Source: Octopus sinensis
Taxonomy: Eukaryota
Length of the DNA: 64,000 nucleotides
Reading direction: 5' to 3'
NCBI RefSeq assembly: GCF_006345805.1
Contig: NC_043005.1
Span: 27,528,001-27,592,000 of the forward strand
In this document: positions 63,126 to 64,000 of the stretch, piece by piece
Numbering within the stretch: position 1 is the first letter of the stretch
Layout of the letters: each line of letters starts with the position of its first letter
Notes under the pieces: generated by a model
What the model saw: only the letters and a program-made list of their open reading frames with translations
Databases searched by the model: none
Told to the model about the DNA's origin: nothing
Translations under genes and position numbers: made by a program

Positions 63126-64000
63126 ATGTGATATTAGTAAACCTACTTCATGATCAAAGAAGCAGTGTCATTCATTTCCAAACTTCCATGAAAGTGTGTC
63201 CAACCATAAGAAAAATATTACCTTTCTTGAGAGCAGGTGAGAGTTGTTAACAGGTAGAGCTTCCAGCTATAGAGAATCTGCCTTAACAAATCCTGTCTGA
63301 CCCATAAAAACCTAGGAAAGTGGATATTCAAATGATGATGATGATGTCTATGTGTGCACGTGTAATGTATATACCTTTCATCTTTTACTTGATTCCATCA
63401 TTGGACTGCAGCCATACCGCGGCACCATCTTGAAGGGTTTAGTCAAACAAATTGGCCCCAGTATTTATTTTCTAAGCCTGATACTTATTTTACCAGTTTC
63501 TTTTGCCAAAGTGCTAAGTTACAGGGATGTAAAAAAACCAACACTGGTTGTAAACACACACACACACATATATTCAATGGGTTTCTTTCAGTTTCCATCT
63601 TCCAAATCTACTCACATGGCTTTGGTTGGACCAAGGCTATAGTAGAAGACACTTGCCCAAGGTGCTACGCAGTGGGACTGAACCCAGATCCATCTTGTCA
63701 GGAAGCAAGCTTCTTACCACACAGCAATGCTTGCATCTATATATGTGTCTATCTTATTTTTAAATGGCAGATGTTAAAAAGTGGTTCAGGGGCCAAGCGT
63801 TTTGTGTACGGCACCTATCAAACCACTTGTTCTCAAGCAATTTGTAACTTCTGCACCAATTAAAAACAAAAGGTATATATACACTCATGATGATGATCAT
63901 CATCGTTTAACATCTGCTTTCCATGCTAGCATGGGTTGGACAATTTGACTGAGGACTGGCAAACCAGATGGCTGCACCAGGCTCCAATCTGATCTGGCAG

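Overview
AT-rich eukaryotic non-coding DNA, most likely from an octopod cephalopod. That assignment is inferred from the SINE families, the RTE LINE debris and the dense (TA)n/(CA)n microsatellites, and was not checked against a database. No intact protein-coding gene can be supported. Nearly all listed ORFs are microsatellite or SINE artefacts, and the only recognisable protein fragments come from transposons (RTE-clade reverse transcriptase and a Tc1/mariner transposase C-terminus). The window holds dozens of copies of at least five SINE families, decayed RTE LINEs, several DNA-transposon MITEs with recoverable target-site duplications, a ten-unit ~169-bp satellite with dimeric higher-order structure, and several long fold-back structures. 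The most interesting signal is a set of minimal type I hammerhead-ribozyme motifs in several distinct repeat families. These include a tRNA-headed SINE whose tail carries a hammerhead, and a near-intact U3-A8 core variant at 31037-31075. Two CpG-retaining domains (~3.7-13.8 kb and ~33.7-41 kb) contain candidate first exons of an unidentified host gene; these are low confidence.
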